From assembly GCA_040756015.1 (NCBI GenBank), contig JBFMAC010000009.1, forward strand, positions 20,104 to 84,103: 64,000 bases of DNA. Reading direction: 5' to 3'. The first letter of the stretch is position 1, and each line of letters begins with the position of its first letter. Below the pieces are notes generated by a model. It ran no database searches, had not been told where the DNA came from, and was given only the letters and a program-made list of their open reading frames with translations. This DNA comes from Pseudomonadota bacterium (lineage in GTDB: Bacteria > Pseudomonadota > Gammaproteobacteria > Burkholderiales > JBFMAC01). Shown here piece by piece: positions 55,316-64,000 of the stretch. The position numbers and the translations under genes are program-made.

Positions 55316-55617
55316 GCGCATTCAACCAAGAGCGGCTGATGCAGGTGATCCTGGCACCGCAGATTTCGGAAAAGAGCACCCACGTTGCCGACAAGAACGA
55401 GCAGGTGGTGCTGCGCGTGGCCTCCGATGCAACCAAGCCGGAGATCAAGGCCGCGGTGGAGCTGATGTTCAGGGTGCAGGTGGAAAGCGTGCAAGTGGCC
55501 AACGTCAAGGGCAAGCAGAAGCGCTTCGGCCGCTACCTGGGTCGGCGCAACAACTGGAAGAAGGCTTATGTCTGCCTCAAGCCTGGCCAGGAAATCAACT
55601 TTGCGGCAGGAGCGTAA
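55312..55617 (+). CDS. rplW: 50S ribosomal protein L23
   Basis: ATGA overlap with rplD. ...[11 protein letters not shown]... Confidence 0.95.
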   Translation: MSAFNQERLMQVILAPQISEKSTHVADKNEQVVLRVASDATKPEIKAAVELMFRVQVESVQVANVKGKQKRFGRYLGRRNNWKKAYVCLKPGQEINFAAGA

Positions 55618-55620
55618 GCA

Positions 55621-56448
55621 ATGGCACTGATTAAAGTAAAACCGACTTCCCCCGGCCGCCGTGCCGTGGTCAAGGTGGTGTCCCCGGACTTGCACAAGGG
55701 CAAGCCCCACGCACCGCTGCTCGAGAAACAGTCGAAGCGTGCTGGCCGCAACAATCGTGGCCATATCACCACGCGCCACCAGGGCGGCGGGCACAAGCAG
55801 CATTATCGCATCGTCGATTTTCGTCGTGACAAGGACAACATCCAGGCCAAGGTGGAGCGGCTGGAGTACGATCCGAACCGCAGCGCCAACCTGGCCCTGC
55901 TGTGCTACGCCGACGGCGAGCGTCGCTACATCATCGCCCCCAAGGGTGTGAGTGCGGGCATGCAGCTGGTGAGCGGGCCGGAAGCGCCGATCAAGAACGG
56001 CAACACCCTGCCGCTGCGTAACATCCCGGTTGGCAGCACCATCCACTGCGTGGAGATGCTGCCCGGTAAGGGCGCACAACTGGCGCGCTCGGCCGGCACC
56101 TCGGTGCAGCTGCTGGCGCGTGAAGGCGTGTATGCGCAACTGCGCCTGCGTTCCGGCGAAATCCGCAAGGTGCACGTCGATTGCCGCGCCACTCTGGGCG
56201 AGGTCGGCAATGAAGAGCATAGCCTGCGTTCCATCGGCAAGGCCGGTGCGCAGCGCTGGCGTGGCATCCGCCCGACGGTGCGCGGCGTGGCGATGAACCC
56301 GATCGACCACCCTCACGGTGGCGGCGAGGGCAAGACCGCCGCCGGCCGTCATCCGGTGAGCCCGTGGGGCACCAAGACCAAAGGCTACCGCACCCGCCGC
56401 AACAAGCGCACCAGCAGCATGATCGTGCGCCGGCGCTATTCGAAATAA
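55621..56448 (+). CDS. rplB: 50S ribosomal protein L2
   Basis: [14 protein letters not shown]...[18 protein letters not shown]. Confidence 0.97.
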   Translation: MALIKVKPTSPGRRAVVKVVSPDLHKGKPHAPLLEKQSKRAGRNNRGHITTRHQGGGHKQHYRIVDFRRDKDNIQAKVERLEYDPNRSANLALLCYADGERRYIIAPKGVSAGMQLVSGPEAPIKNGNTLPLRNIPVGSTIHCVEMLPGKGAQLARSAGTSVQLLAREGVYAQLRLRSGEIRKVHVDCRATLGEVGNEEHSLRSIGKAGAQRWRGIRPTVRGVAMNPIDHPHGGGEGKTAAGRHPVSPWGTKTKGYRTRRNKRTSSMIVRRRYSK

Positions 56449-56458
56449 GAGGTAAGAG

Positions 56459-56746
56459 ATGGCACGTTCAGTTAAAAAAGGCCCGTTCGTCGACGCCCAC
56501 CTCATCAAGAAGGTTGAGGCTGCGCACGCGACCAACGACAAACGCCCGATCAAGACCTGGTCGCGGCGCTCCACCGTCCTGCCGGATTTCGTCGGCCTGA
56601 CCATCGCGGTGCACAACGGCAAGCAGCATGTGCCGGTGTACGTTTCGGAAAACATGGTCGGCCACAAGCTCGGCGAGTTTTCCCACACCCGTACCTTCAA
56701 GGGGCACACCAAGGCGGCGGACAAAAAAGCCGCGGCGAAGAAATAG
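56459..56746 (+). CDS. rpsS: 30S ribosomal protein S19
   Basis: [12 protein letters not shown]...[15 protein letters not shown]. Confidence 0.97.
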   Translation: MARSVKKGPFVDAHLIKKVEAAHATNDKRPIKTWSRRSTVLPDFVGLTIAVHNGKQHVPVYVSENMVGHKLGEFSHTRTFKGHTKAADKKAAAKK

Positions 56747-56757
56747 AGGTGATGACT

Positions 56758-57096
56758 ATGGAAACCACATCCATTTTGCGCGGCGTGCGCCTGTCGGAAC
56801 AGAAGGGGCGCCTGGTGGCGGACCAGATTCGCGGCCTGTCGGTGGAAAAGGCGCTCAACATCCTGACCTTCAGCCCGAAAAAGGGCGCGCGCATCATTCG
56901 TAAGGTGCTGGAATCGGCGATTGCCAACGCCGAGCACAATGACGGTGCCGACATCGACGAGTTGAAAGTGGTGCGCATCCACGTCGAGCAGGGCATGACC
57001 CTGAAGCGCGTTATGCCGCGTGCCAAAGGGCGGGCGAACCGCATCAGCAAACAGACCTGCCACATTTTTGTGACGGTCGGCGACAAAGGAAACTAG
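56758..57096 (+). CDS. rplV: 50S ribosomal protein L22
   Basis: [36 protein letters not shown] 6 nt upstream. GTG 56749 and ATG 56752 are alternatives. Confidence 0.93.
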   Translation: METTSILRGVRLSEQKGRLVADQIRGLSVEKALNILTFSPKKGARIIRKVLESAIANAEHNDGADIDELKVVRIHVEQGMTLKRVMPRAKGRANRISKQTCHIFVTVGDKGN

Positions 57097-57098
57097 CC

Positions 57099-57866
57099 AT
57101 GGGTCAGAAAATCAATCCTACCGGGTTCCGCCTTGCGGTTTTGCGCAACTGGACTTCGAAATGGTATGCCAGCAGCAAGAATTTCGCGGGCATGCTCAAC
57201 GAAGACATCAAGGTGCGTGACTACCTGAAAAAGAAGCTGGCTCATGCGGCGGTGGCGCGCGTGGTGATCGAGCGCCCGGCGAAAAATGCGCGCATCACCA
57301 TCCACAGTGCCCGCCCCGGCGTGGTGATCGGCAAGAAGGGCGAGGATATCGAGACCCTGAAGAGCGGCCTGCAGAAGATGATGGGCGTGCCGGTACACGT
57401 CAATATTGAGGAAGTACGCAAGCCGGAACTGGACGCGCAGCTGATCGCCGATTCGATCGCGCAGCAGCTGGAAAAGCGCATCATGTTCCGTCGCGCCATG
57501 AAGCGCGCCATGCAGAATGCAATGCGCCTGGGTGCGCAGGGTATCAAGATCATGAGCTCGGGGCGCCTCAACGGCATCGAGATCGCACGCACCGAGTGGT
57601 ACCGCGAAGGCCGCGTGCCGCTGCACACCCTGCGCGCCGATATCGATTACGGTTTTTCCGAAGCCAAGACCACCTACGGCATCATCGGCATCAAGGTGTG
57701 GGTGTTCAAGGGCGAGGTGATGGGCAAGGGCGAGGCCCCGGCAGTGGCGCCGGTCGAGCCGACGGCCGAAAGGAAGTCCGCCCGTCCGCCGCGCGGTGAG
57801 GGGGAGGGTAAAGGCGACAAGGCCAAGGTAAGAAAGTCAGGAGCAAAACATGCTGCAGCCAGCTAG
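57099..57866 (+). CDS. rpsC: 30S ribosomal protein S3 (with Lys/Gly/Ala/Pro-rich C-terminal extension)
   Basis: [12 protein letters not shown]... The 3' end overlaps the rplP start by 17 nt. Confidence 0.95.
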   Translation: MGQKINPTGFRLAVLRNWTSKWYASSKNFAGMLNEDIKVRDYLKKKLAHAAVARVVIERPAKNARITIHSARPGVVIGKKGEDIETLKSGLQKMMGVPVHVNIEEVRKPELDAQLIADSIAQQLEKRIMFRRAMKRAMQNAMRLGAQGIKIMSSGRLNGIEIARTEWYREGRVPLHTLRADIDYGFSEAKTTYGIIGIKVWVFKGEVMGKGEAPAVAPVEPTAERKSARPPRGEGEGKGDKAKVRKSGAKHAAAS

Positions 57867-58263
57867 AAGGAAATACCGCAAGGAGCAGAAGGGCCGCAAC
57901 ACCGGCATCGCTACGCGCGGCAACAAGGTGAGCTTCGGTGACTTCGGTTTGAAGGCGGTCGGGCGCGGCCGCCTGACCGCGCGCCAGATCGAGGCGGCGC
58001 GCCGTGCCATGACCCGTGCGATCAAGCGTGGCGGGCGCGTGTGGATCCGCATCTTCCCGGACAAGCCGATTTCGCAGAAACCGGCAGAGGTGCGCATGGG
58101 CAACGGTAAGGGCAATCCGGAGTACTACGTCGCCGAGATACAGCCCGGCAAGGTGCTCTATGAGATGGATGGCGTGGATGAGGCGCTGGCGCGCGAGGCG
58201 TTCCGCCTGGCGGCTTCCAAGTTGCCGATCCAGACTACCTTTGTGGCAAGGCAAGTGGGGTAA
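57850..58263 (+). CDS. rplP: 50S ribosomal protein L16
   Basis: [19 protein letters not shown]... Confidence 0.97.
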   Translation: MLQPARRKYRKEQKGRNTGIATRGNKVSFGDFGLKAVGRGRLTARQIEAARRAMTRAIKRGGRVWIRIFPDKPISQKPAEVRMGNGKGNPEYYVAEIQPGKVLYEMDGVDEALAREAFRLAASKLPIQTTFVARQVG

Positions 58264-58266
58264 ACG

Positions 58267-58461
58267 ATGAAAGCGAGCGAATTGAGGGCGAAAAACCCGA
58301 CGGAATTGCAGCAGGAGCTGATCGAGCTGCTCAAGGAGCAGTTCGGCCTGCGCATGCAGCTGGCTACCCAGCAGCTGTCCAACGTAAGCAAGTTGAACAG
58401 GGTACGCAAGGACATCGCGCGGGTGCGCACGATTTTAGGTGAGAAGGCGAGACAGGCATGA
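58267..58461 (+). CDS. rpmC: 50S ribosomal protein L29
   Basis: [18 protein letters not shown]... Confidence 0.95.
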   Translation: MKASELRAKNPTELQQELIELLKEQFGLRMQLATQQLSNVSKLNRVRKDIARVRTILGEKARQA

Positions 58462-58721
58462 GCGAAACGAAGACAGTGCGCAGCCTGACCGGCACGGTGG
58501 TGAGCGACAAAATGAACAAGACCGTGACCGTGCTGGTGGAGCGCAAGGTGAAGCACCCGTTGTACGGTAAGGTGATGGTGCGTTCCAAGAAGTACCACGC
58601 CCACGACGAGAACGGCGAGTGCCATCAGGGTGATGTAGTGATGATCGAGGAGTGCCGCCCGATTTCCAAAACCAAGGCTTGGCGTGTGGCCAAGTTGCTG
58701 GAAAAAGCGAACACCGTATAA
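58458..58721 (+). CDS. rpsQ: 30S ribosomal protein S17
   Basis: ...[20 protein letters not shown]... ATGA overlap with rpmC. Confidence 0.95.
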   Translation: MSETKTVRSLTGTVVSDKMNKTVTVLVERKVKHPLYGKVMVRSKKYHAHDENGECHQGDVVMIEECRPISKTKAWRVAKLLEKANTV

Positions 58722-58726
58722 ATTTG

Positions 58727-58755
58727 TTGCGCGCGGCTGCGCTTTTCCATATAAT
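58727..58755 (+). promoter_or_regulatory. Candidate spc-operon promoter
   Basis: TTGCGC, 17 nt, TATAAT, followed by a ~95-nt leader with three short GC hairpins before rplN. Confidence 0.5.
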
Positions 58756-58852
58756 GCGCAGCTTTCGCCGCGCCCTGTCGGCGCGGCAGCCTGACCCGAA
58801 CCACGGGTTCCAAAACTGACCGCCGCGGGCGGGTAAAGTTGGAGAGTGAAAA

Positions 58853-59221
58853 ATGATACAGATGCAGTCCGTATTGGATGTTGCCGACAACACCGGTGCA
58901 CGTTCCGTCATGTGCATCAAGGTGCTGGGCGGTTCCAAGCGCCGCTATGCCGGTATCGGTGACGTGATCAAGGTGAGCATCAAGGATGCCGCGCCGCGCG
59001 GCCGCGTGAAGAAGGGCGAAGTCTACAACGCGGTGGTGGTGCGTACTGCCAAGGGTGTGCGCCGTTCCGACGGCTCGCTGGTCAGGTTCGACGGCAACGC
59101 CGCTGTCCTGCTCAACAACAAATTGGAGCCGATTGGCACGCGCATTTTCGGGCCGGTGACGCGCGAGTTGCGCACCGAGCGCTTCATGAAGATCGTGTCG
59201 CTGGCGCCGGAAGTGCTGTAA
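58853..59221 (+). CDS. rplN: 50S ribosomal protein L14
   Basis: [17 protein letters not shown]... Confidence 0.97.
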   Translation: MIQMQSVLDVADNTGARSVMCIKVLGGSKRRYAGIGDVIKVSIKDAAPRGRVKKGEVYNAVVVRTAKGVRRSDGSLVRFDGNAAVLLNNKLEPIGTRIFGPVTRELRTERFMKIVSLAPEVL

Positions 59222-59234
59222 GCAAGGAACTATC

Positions 59235-59552
59235 ATGAACAAGATCAGGAAAGGCGACGAGGTGATCCTCATTGCCGGCAAGGATAAGGGCAAGCGTGGC
59301 GCAGTGCTGCGCATGGTGGACTGCGAGTACGTCGTGGTCGAAGGGGCCAACAAGGCGAAGAAGCACCAGAAGCCGAACCCGATGAAGGGTTCCGCCGGCG
59401 GCATCGTCGAGATCGAGATGCCGGTGCACGTGTCGAACGTGGCATTGTTCAACCCGGCCACGCAGAAAGCCGACCGCGTCGGTATCAAGTCGCTGCAGGA
59501 CGGGCGCCGGGCGCGCTATTTCAAGTCCAACGGCGAACTGATTGACGCCTGA
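59235..59552 (+). CDS. rplX: 50S ribosomal protein L24
   Basis: [22 protein letters not shown]... Confidence 0.95.
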   Translation: MNKIRKGDEVILIAGKDKGKRGAVLRMVDCEYVVVEGANKAKKHQKPNPMKGSAGGIVEIEMPVHVSNVALFNPATQKADRVGIKSLQDGRRARYFKSNGELIDA

Positions 59553-59567
59553 TAGGTGGGGATAAAC

Positions 59568-60107
59568 ATGGCTCGTATGCAGGAATATTACAAGGACGCC
59601 GTGGTCAAGCAGCTGATCAAGCAGTTTGGCTACAAGTCGGTGATGGAAGTGCCGCGCATTGAGAAGATCACCCTCAACATGGGGGTGGGCGAGGCGGTGG
59701 CCGACAAGAAGGTGATGGAGCACGCGGTCGGCGATATGCAGAAAATCGCCGGGCAGAAACCGGTGGTGACCAAGTCGAAGAAGGCGATTGCCGGCTTCAA
59801 GATCCGCGAGGGTTATCCGGTGGGCTGCATGGTGACGTTGCGTCGTGCGCGCATGTACGAGTTTCTGGATCGCCTGATCAATATCGCCATCCCGCGCATC
59901 CGCGATTTCCGCGGCATTTCCGCCAAGGCGTTCGACGGGCGCGGCAATTTCAACATGGGCGTGAAAGAGCAGATCATCTTCCCGGAAATCGAGTACGACA
60001 AAATAGATGCGCTGCGTGGCATGAACATTAGCATCACCACGACGTCGAAAACCGATGACGAAGCGCGTGCATTGCTCGCTGCGTTCAAATTTCCGTTTAA
60101 GGGCTGA
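59568..60107 (+). CDS. rplE: 50S ribosomal protein L5
   Basis: [16 protein letters not shown]... from ATG 59568. Confidence 0.95.
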   Translation: MARMQEYYKDAVVKQLIKQFGYKSVMEVPRIEKITLNMGVGEAVADKKVMEHAVGDMQKIAGQKPVVTKSKKAIAGFKIREGYPVGCMVTLRRARMYEFLDRLINIAIPRIRDFRGISAKAFDGRGNFNMGVKEQIIFPEIEYDKIDALRGMNISITTTSKTDDEARALLAAFKFPFKG

Positions 60108-60113
60108 CAAGAC

Positions 60114-60419
60114 ATGGCCAAACTTGCATTGATCAACCGGGAGCAGAAGCGCCGCAAGCTGGTGAAGAAGTTCGCTGCCAAGCGTGCCGCGCTGAATGCG
60201 ATTATCAAAGACGCCAAGGCTAGCGAGGACGAGCGCGACGCGGCGCGCGCCAAGTTGCAGCAGTTGCCGCGCAACACCAGTCCGACGCGTGTGCGCAATC
60301 GTTGCGAGCTGACCGGGCGTCCGCGCGGTTATTTCCGCAAATTCGGTCTGGCGCGCAACAAACTGCGTGAAATTGCCATGCGCGGCGAAATACCCGGCAT
60401 GATCAAGGCAAGCTGGTAG
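60114..60419 (+). CDS. rpsN: 30S ribosomal protein S14
   Basis: [17 protein letters not shown]...[19 protein letters not shown]. Confidence 0.95.
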   Translation: MAKLALINREQKRRKLVKKFAAKRAALNAIIKDAKASEDERDAARAKLQQLPRNTSPTRVRNRCELTGRPRGYFRKFGLARNKLREIAMRGEIPGMIKASW

Positions 60420-60432
60420 CAGGAGAGAATTC

Positions 60433-60828
60433 ATGAGCATGAGTGATCCGATTGCCGATATGCTGACGCGCATTCGTAATGCGCAGGGTTCGGAAAAGGT
60501 GTCCGTGGCGATGCCGTCTTCCAAGCTGAAAGCGGCGATCGCAAAGGTGTTGAAGGACGAAGGTTACATCGATGACTTCGCGGTGCGCGAGGCGGATGGC
60601 AAGGCCACGCTGGAAATCGGCCTCAAGTACTATGCCGGCCGCCCGGTGATCGAGAAGATCGAACGCATCAGCCGCCCCGGTCTGCGCATATACAAGGCCA
60701 GCCGCGATATCCCGCGCGTGATGAACGGCTTGGGCGTGGCTATCGTGTCCACCTCCAAGGGGGTGATGACCGACCGCGCGGCGCGTGCCTCCGGCATCGG
60801 CGGCGAAGTGTTGTGCATCGTGGCGTAA
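60433..60828 (+). CDS. rpsH: 30S ribosomal protein S8
   Basis: [17 protein letters not shown]... Confidence 0.97.
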   Translation: MSMSDPIADMLTRIRNAQGSEKVSVAMPSSKLKAAIAKVLKDEGYIDDFAVREADGKATLEIGLKYYAGRPVIEKIERISRPGLRIYKASRDIPRVMNGLGVAIVSTSKGVMTDRAARASGIGGEVLCIVA

Positions 60829-60838
60829 GGAGGAAGAC

Positions 60839-61372
60839 ATGTCACGAGTAGCGAAAAATCCAGTAACGATCCCCGCCGGCGTCGAGGTGATGCTGTCCGG
60901 CGCGGAAATTTCGGTGAAGGGTCCGCTGGGCTCGTTGAAGCAGCCGCTCAACGGTGACGTCTCGGTGGAACGCGAGGGCGACAAGCTCAGCTTCAAGACC
61001 GCTGGCGAGAGCAAGCAGGCCAACGCCATGTCCGGCACGCTGCGTGTCCTGGTGGCCAACATGGTGCACGGCGTTACCAAGGGCTTCGAGAAAAAGCTGA
61101 GTTTGGTTGGCGTGGGTTACCGCGCGCAGGCTGCCGGCGACACGCTCAACCTGAGCTTGGGCTTTTCCCACCCGGTGGCACACAAGATGCCCAAGGGGGT
61201 CAAGGTGGAGACGCCCAGTCAGACTGAAATCGTGATCAAGGGCATCGACAAGCAGCAGGTCGGGCAGGTGGCGGCGGAAGTGCGCGCCTACCGTCCGCCC
61301 GAGCCCTACAAGGGCAAGGGTGTGCGTTACGTGGATGAAGTCGTGGTCTTGAAAGAGACCAAGAAGAAATAA
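60839..61372 (+). CDS. rplF: 50S ribosomal protein L6
   Basis: [17 protein letters not shown]... from ATG 60839, AAGGAGGAAG SD. Confidence 0.95.
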   Translation: MSRVAKNPVTIPAGVEVMLSGAEISVKGPLGSLKQPLNGDVSVEREGDKLSFKTAGESKQANAMSGTLRVLVANMVHGVTKGFEKKLSLVGVGYRAQAAGDTLNLSLGFSHPVAHKMPKGVKVETPSQTEIVIKGIDKQQVGQVAAEVRAYRPPEPYKGKGVRYVDEVVVLKETKKK

Positions 61373-61383
61373 GCGGGGCTGAC

Positions 61384-61740
61384 ATGGCTGACAAAAAACA
61401 GGCGCGCGTGCGCCGTGCGCAACAAACCCGGGCGCGCATTGCGCAACATAAGGCGGTGCGCTTGGCGGTGCATCGTTCCAATTGCCACATTTATGCCCAG
61501 GTGATCGACGGCGCGCAGCAGAAAGTGCTGGCAAGTGCCTCCACTCTGGAAGCGGAGGTGCGCAAGAGCCTGCCCAACGGCGGCAATATCAAGGCGGCCG
61601 CGCTGGTCGGCCAGCGCATCGCGGAAAAGGCGAAAAAGCTGGGCATCGAGTCGGTCTCGTTCGACCGCTCCGGGTTCAAATATCATGGCCGCGTCAAGGC
61701 GCTGGCGGATGCCGCGCGCGAGCACGGCTTGAAGTTCTAA
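61384..61740 (+). CDS. rplR: 50S ribosomal protein L18
   Basis: spc-operon order. ...[17 protein letters not shown]... Confidence 0.95.
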   Translation: MADKKQARVRRAQQTRARIAQHKAVRLAVHRSNCHIYAQVIDGAQQKVLASASTLEAEVRKSLPNGGNIKAAALVGQRIAEKAKKLGIESVSFDRSGFKYHGRVKALADAAREHGLKF

Positions 61741-61749
61741 GAGGGTGCG

Positions 61750-62271
61750 ATGGCTAAAGTTCAAGCGAAAGTGCAGCAAGGCGAAGAGCGCGATGACGGT
61801 CTCAAGGAGAAGATGATCGCGGTCAATCGCGTCACCAAGGTGGTGAAGGGCGGGCGCATCCTCAGTTTCGCCGCGTTCACCGTGGTCGGCGACGGCGACG
61901 GCGGTATCGGCATGGGCAAGGGTAAGGCGCGTGAAGTGCCGGTGGCGGTGCAGAAGGCGATGGACGAGGCGCGCCGCAAGATGTTCAAGGTCAAGCTCAA
62001 GAATGGCACCCTGCAGCATCCGGTGATCGGCGAGCACGGTTCCGCCAAGGTGCTGATGCAGCCCGCTTCCGAAGGTACCGGCATCATCGCCGGCGGCCCG
62101 ATGCGTGCGGTGTTCGAGGTGATGGGCGTGACCAACGTGCTGGCCAAGTGCTTCGGCTCGACCAATCCCTATAACGTGGTGCGCGCCACGCTGAAAGGGC
62201 TGGCGGCGATGAACACCCCGGCCGAGGTGGCGGCCAAGCGCGGCAAGACGGTAGAGGAAATCCTGGGGTAA
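61750..62271 (+). CDS. rpsE: 30S ribosomal protein S5
   Basis: ...[19 protein letters not shown]... Confidence 0.95.
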   Translation: MAKVQAKVQQGEERDDGLKEKMIAVNRVTKVVKGGRILSFAAFTVVGDGDGGIGMGKGKAREVPVAVQKAMDEARRKMFKVKLKNGTLQHPVIGEHGSAKVLMQPASEGTGIIAGGPMRAVFEVMGVTNVLAKCFGSTNPYNVVRATLKGLAAMNTPAEVAAKRGKTVEEILG

Positions 62272-62274
62272 ATC

Positions 62275-62466
62275 ATGGCCAAGGAACAAGCGAAAAAAAT
62301 CAGGGTCACGCTGGTGAAGAGCGTGATTGGCACCAAAGAGTCGCACCGCGCCTGTGTGCGCGGGCTGGGTTTGCGCCGCATGCACCATACGGTGGAACTG
62401 GTGGACACCCCTGCGGTGCGTGGCATGATCAACAAAGTCAGTTATCTGGTGAAGTGCGAGGCATAA
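62275..62466 (+). CDS. rpmD: 50S ribosomal protein L30
   Basis: ...[26 protein letters not shown]... Confidence 0.95.
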   Translation: MAKEQAKKIRVTLVKSVIGTKESHRACVRGLGLRRMHHTVELVDTPAVRGMINKVSYLVKCEA

Positions 62467-62901
62467 ATGCGGCTCAATGACATCAAACCGGCGGCCGGCG
62501 CGAAGCACGCCAAGAAACGTGTCGGGCGCGGCATCGGCTGCGGCTGGGGCAAGACCGCGGGACGCGGGCACAAGGGGCAGAAGTCGCGCACCGGCGGCTT
62601 CCACAAGGTGGGTTTCGAGGGCGGGCAGATGCCGCTGCAACGGCGCCTGCCCAAGCGCGGCGTTGTTTCGCTGGCCAAGGGCGACACGGCGGAAGTGCGT
62701 TTGTCCGATCTCGACAGGCTGCCGCTCGACAGCATCGACATCGTGGCGCTGAAGCAGGCCGGCATCGTGGCGGCGCATGCGCTGACCGCGAAGGTGATTT
62801 TGTCCGGCAGCATCAAGCGCGCGGTGAAGCTGCACGGCGTACTGGCCACCAAGGGTGCGCGCGCGGCAATCGAAGCTGCCGGCGGCAGCATAGAAGGATA
62901 A
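62467..62901 (+). CDS. rplO: 50S ribosomal protein L15
   Basis: [24 protein letters not shown]... Confidence 0.95.
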   Translation: MRLNDIKPAAGAKHAKKRVGRGIGCGWGKTAGRGHKGQKSRTGGFHKVGFEGGQMPLQRRLPKRGVVSLAKGDTAEVRLSDLDRLPLDSIDIVALKQAGIVAAHALTAKVILSGSIKRAVKLHGVLATKGARAAIEAAGGSIEG

Positions 62902-62904
62902 GCG

Positions 62905-64000
62905 TTGGCGGCGAACAGTTCCATGCTCGGCATGGCCGGCAAACTGGGCGACCTGAAGCGGCGTCTGTGGTTCTTGCTGGGGGCGCTGGTGGTGTACCGC
63001 ATCGGCGCGCACATCCCGGTGCCGGGCATAGACCCGGCGCAGCTGGCGGAGCTGTTCAAGTCGCAAAAAGGCGGCATCCTGGACATGTTCAACATGTTCT
63101 CGGGTGGTGCGCTGTCGCGCTTCACGATATTTGCGCTGGGGATCATGCCGTATATTTCGGCGTCGATCATCATGCAGCTGGTGACGGTGGTGTCGCCGCA
63201 GCTGGAGCAACTGAAGAAGGAAGGCGAGGCCGGGCGCCGCAAGATCACCCAGTACACCCGCTACGGCACGGTGTTGCTGGCCACGTTCCAGGCGCTGGGT
63301 ATTGCGATCGCACTGGAGCGGCAGGCCGGGCTGGTGATTGATCCGGGCCTGATGTTCCGCCTCACCACGGTGGTGACGTTGGTGACCGGGACGATGTTTT
63401 TGATGTGGCTGGGCGAGCAGATCACCGAACGCGGCGTGGGCAACGGCATTTCGCTGATCATCTTCGCCGGTATTGCAGCGGGGTTGCCGCAGGCGGTGGG
63501 CGGCACGCTGGAGCTGGCGCGCACCGGCGCGTTCTCTATCCCGCTGGTGCTGATGCTGTTTGTTGGCGCGATCGCGGTGACGGCGCTGGTGGTGTTTGTC
63601 GAGCGCGGCCAGCGCAAGGTGCTGGTCAACTATGCCAAGCGCCAGGTTGGCAACAAGATTTATGGCGGGCAGAGTTCGCACCTGCCGCTGAAGCTGAACA
63701 TGTCCGGGGTGATCCCGCCGATTTTCGCGTCGAGCCTGATTTTGTTCCCGGCCACGGTGGCGGGCTGGTTCGGGGCCAGCGAGAGCATGCGCTGGCTGCA
63801 GGAGGTGAGCAACATGCTGCGCCCGGGGCAGCCGATATACGTGCTGTTGTACGCTTCGGCGATCGTGTTCTTCTGTTTCTTTTACACGGCGCTGGTGTTC
63901 AGTCCGAGGGAAACGGCGGACAACTTGAAGAAAAGCGGCGCATTCGTGCCGGGTATCCGGCCGGGCGACCAGACGGCGCGCTATATCGAGCGCATCATGA
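62905..64000 (+). CDS. secY: Preprotein translocase subunit SecY, 5' part (runs off the window end)
   Basis: My own translation: [42 protein letters not shown]...[20 protein letters not shown] 62905 has a GAAGGA SD 5 nt upstream. In-frame ATGs at 62923 and 62932 lack one. Confidence 0.9.
   Translation, partial: MAANSSMLGMAGKLGDLKRRLWFLLGALVVYRIGAHIPVPGIDPAQLAELFKSQKGGILDMFNMFSGGALSRFTIFALGIMPYISASIIMQLVTVVSPQLEQLKKEGEAGRRKITQYTRYGTVLLATFQALGIAIALERQAGLVIDPGLMFRLTTVVTLVTGTMFLMWLGEQITERGVGNGISLIIFAGIAAGLPQAVGGTLELARTGAFSIPLVLMLFVGAIAVTALVVFVERGQRKVLVNYAKRQVGNKIYGGQSSHLPLKLNMSGVIPPIFASSLILFPATVAGWFGASESMRWLQEVSNMLRPGQPIYVLLYASAIVFFCFFYTALVFSPRETADNLKKSGAFVPGIRPGDQTARYIERIM

Overview
High-GC bacterial chromosome segment whose gene content and order look betaproteobacterial; this taxonomic call is an inference. 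There are three blocks. (1) 1-11.0 kb is a copper/silver resistance accessory block. It holds the cusB 3' end with a fused CusF-like domain, cusA, cusF, an unlisted 59-aa ORF, a DUF2231 membrane protein and a CopA-type P1B ATPase. After these comes a run of small uncharacterised membrane and periplasmic genes: a frameshifted 2-TM gene, a lycopene-cyclase-domain protein, a Met-rich secreted protein, a DUF2933 plus ICMT-like methyltransferase pair, a Lys/His/Met-rich secreted peptide and a third CusF-like module. A convergent cupredoxin lipoprotein closes the block. (2) 11.1-35.6 kb is housekeeping: rsmE, a thioredoxin-like gene, an IMPase-family gene, a Pil-Chp cluster (pilG-pilH-pilI-pilJ-chpA) followed by a TPR-methyltransferase, rpsP-rimM-trmD-rplS, unknown-ogt-xerD, folB/plsY, tsaD and rpsU-yqeY-dnaG-rpoD. 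(3) 35.6-64 kb is the translation/transcription supercluster. It runs four tRNAs, tuf, tRNA-Trp, secE-nusG, rplKAJL, rpoBC, rpsL-rpsG-fusA-tuf, then the S10 and spc operons to a truncated secY. I saw no CRISPR array, IS element, prophage, toxin-antitoxin pair or recognisable defence system. The most interesting material is the uncharacterised metal-associated gene block at about 3.8-10.6 kb. Lesser points are a Lys/Ala/Pro-rich N-terminal extension on RpoD and a Pil-Chp cluster without CheR/CheB. All family assignments come from reading motifs by eye, with no searches run.
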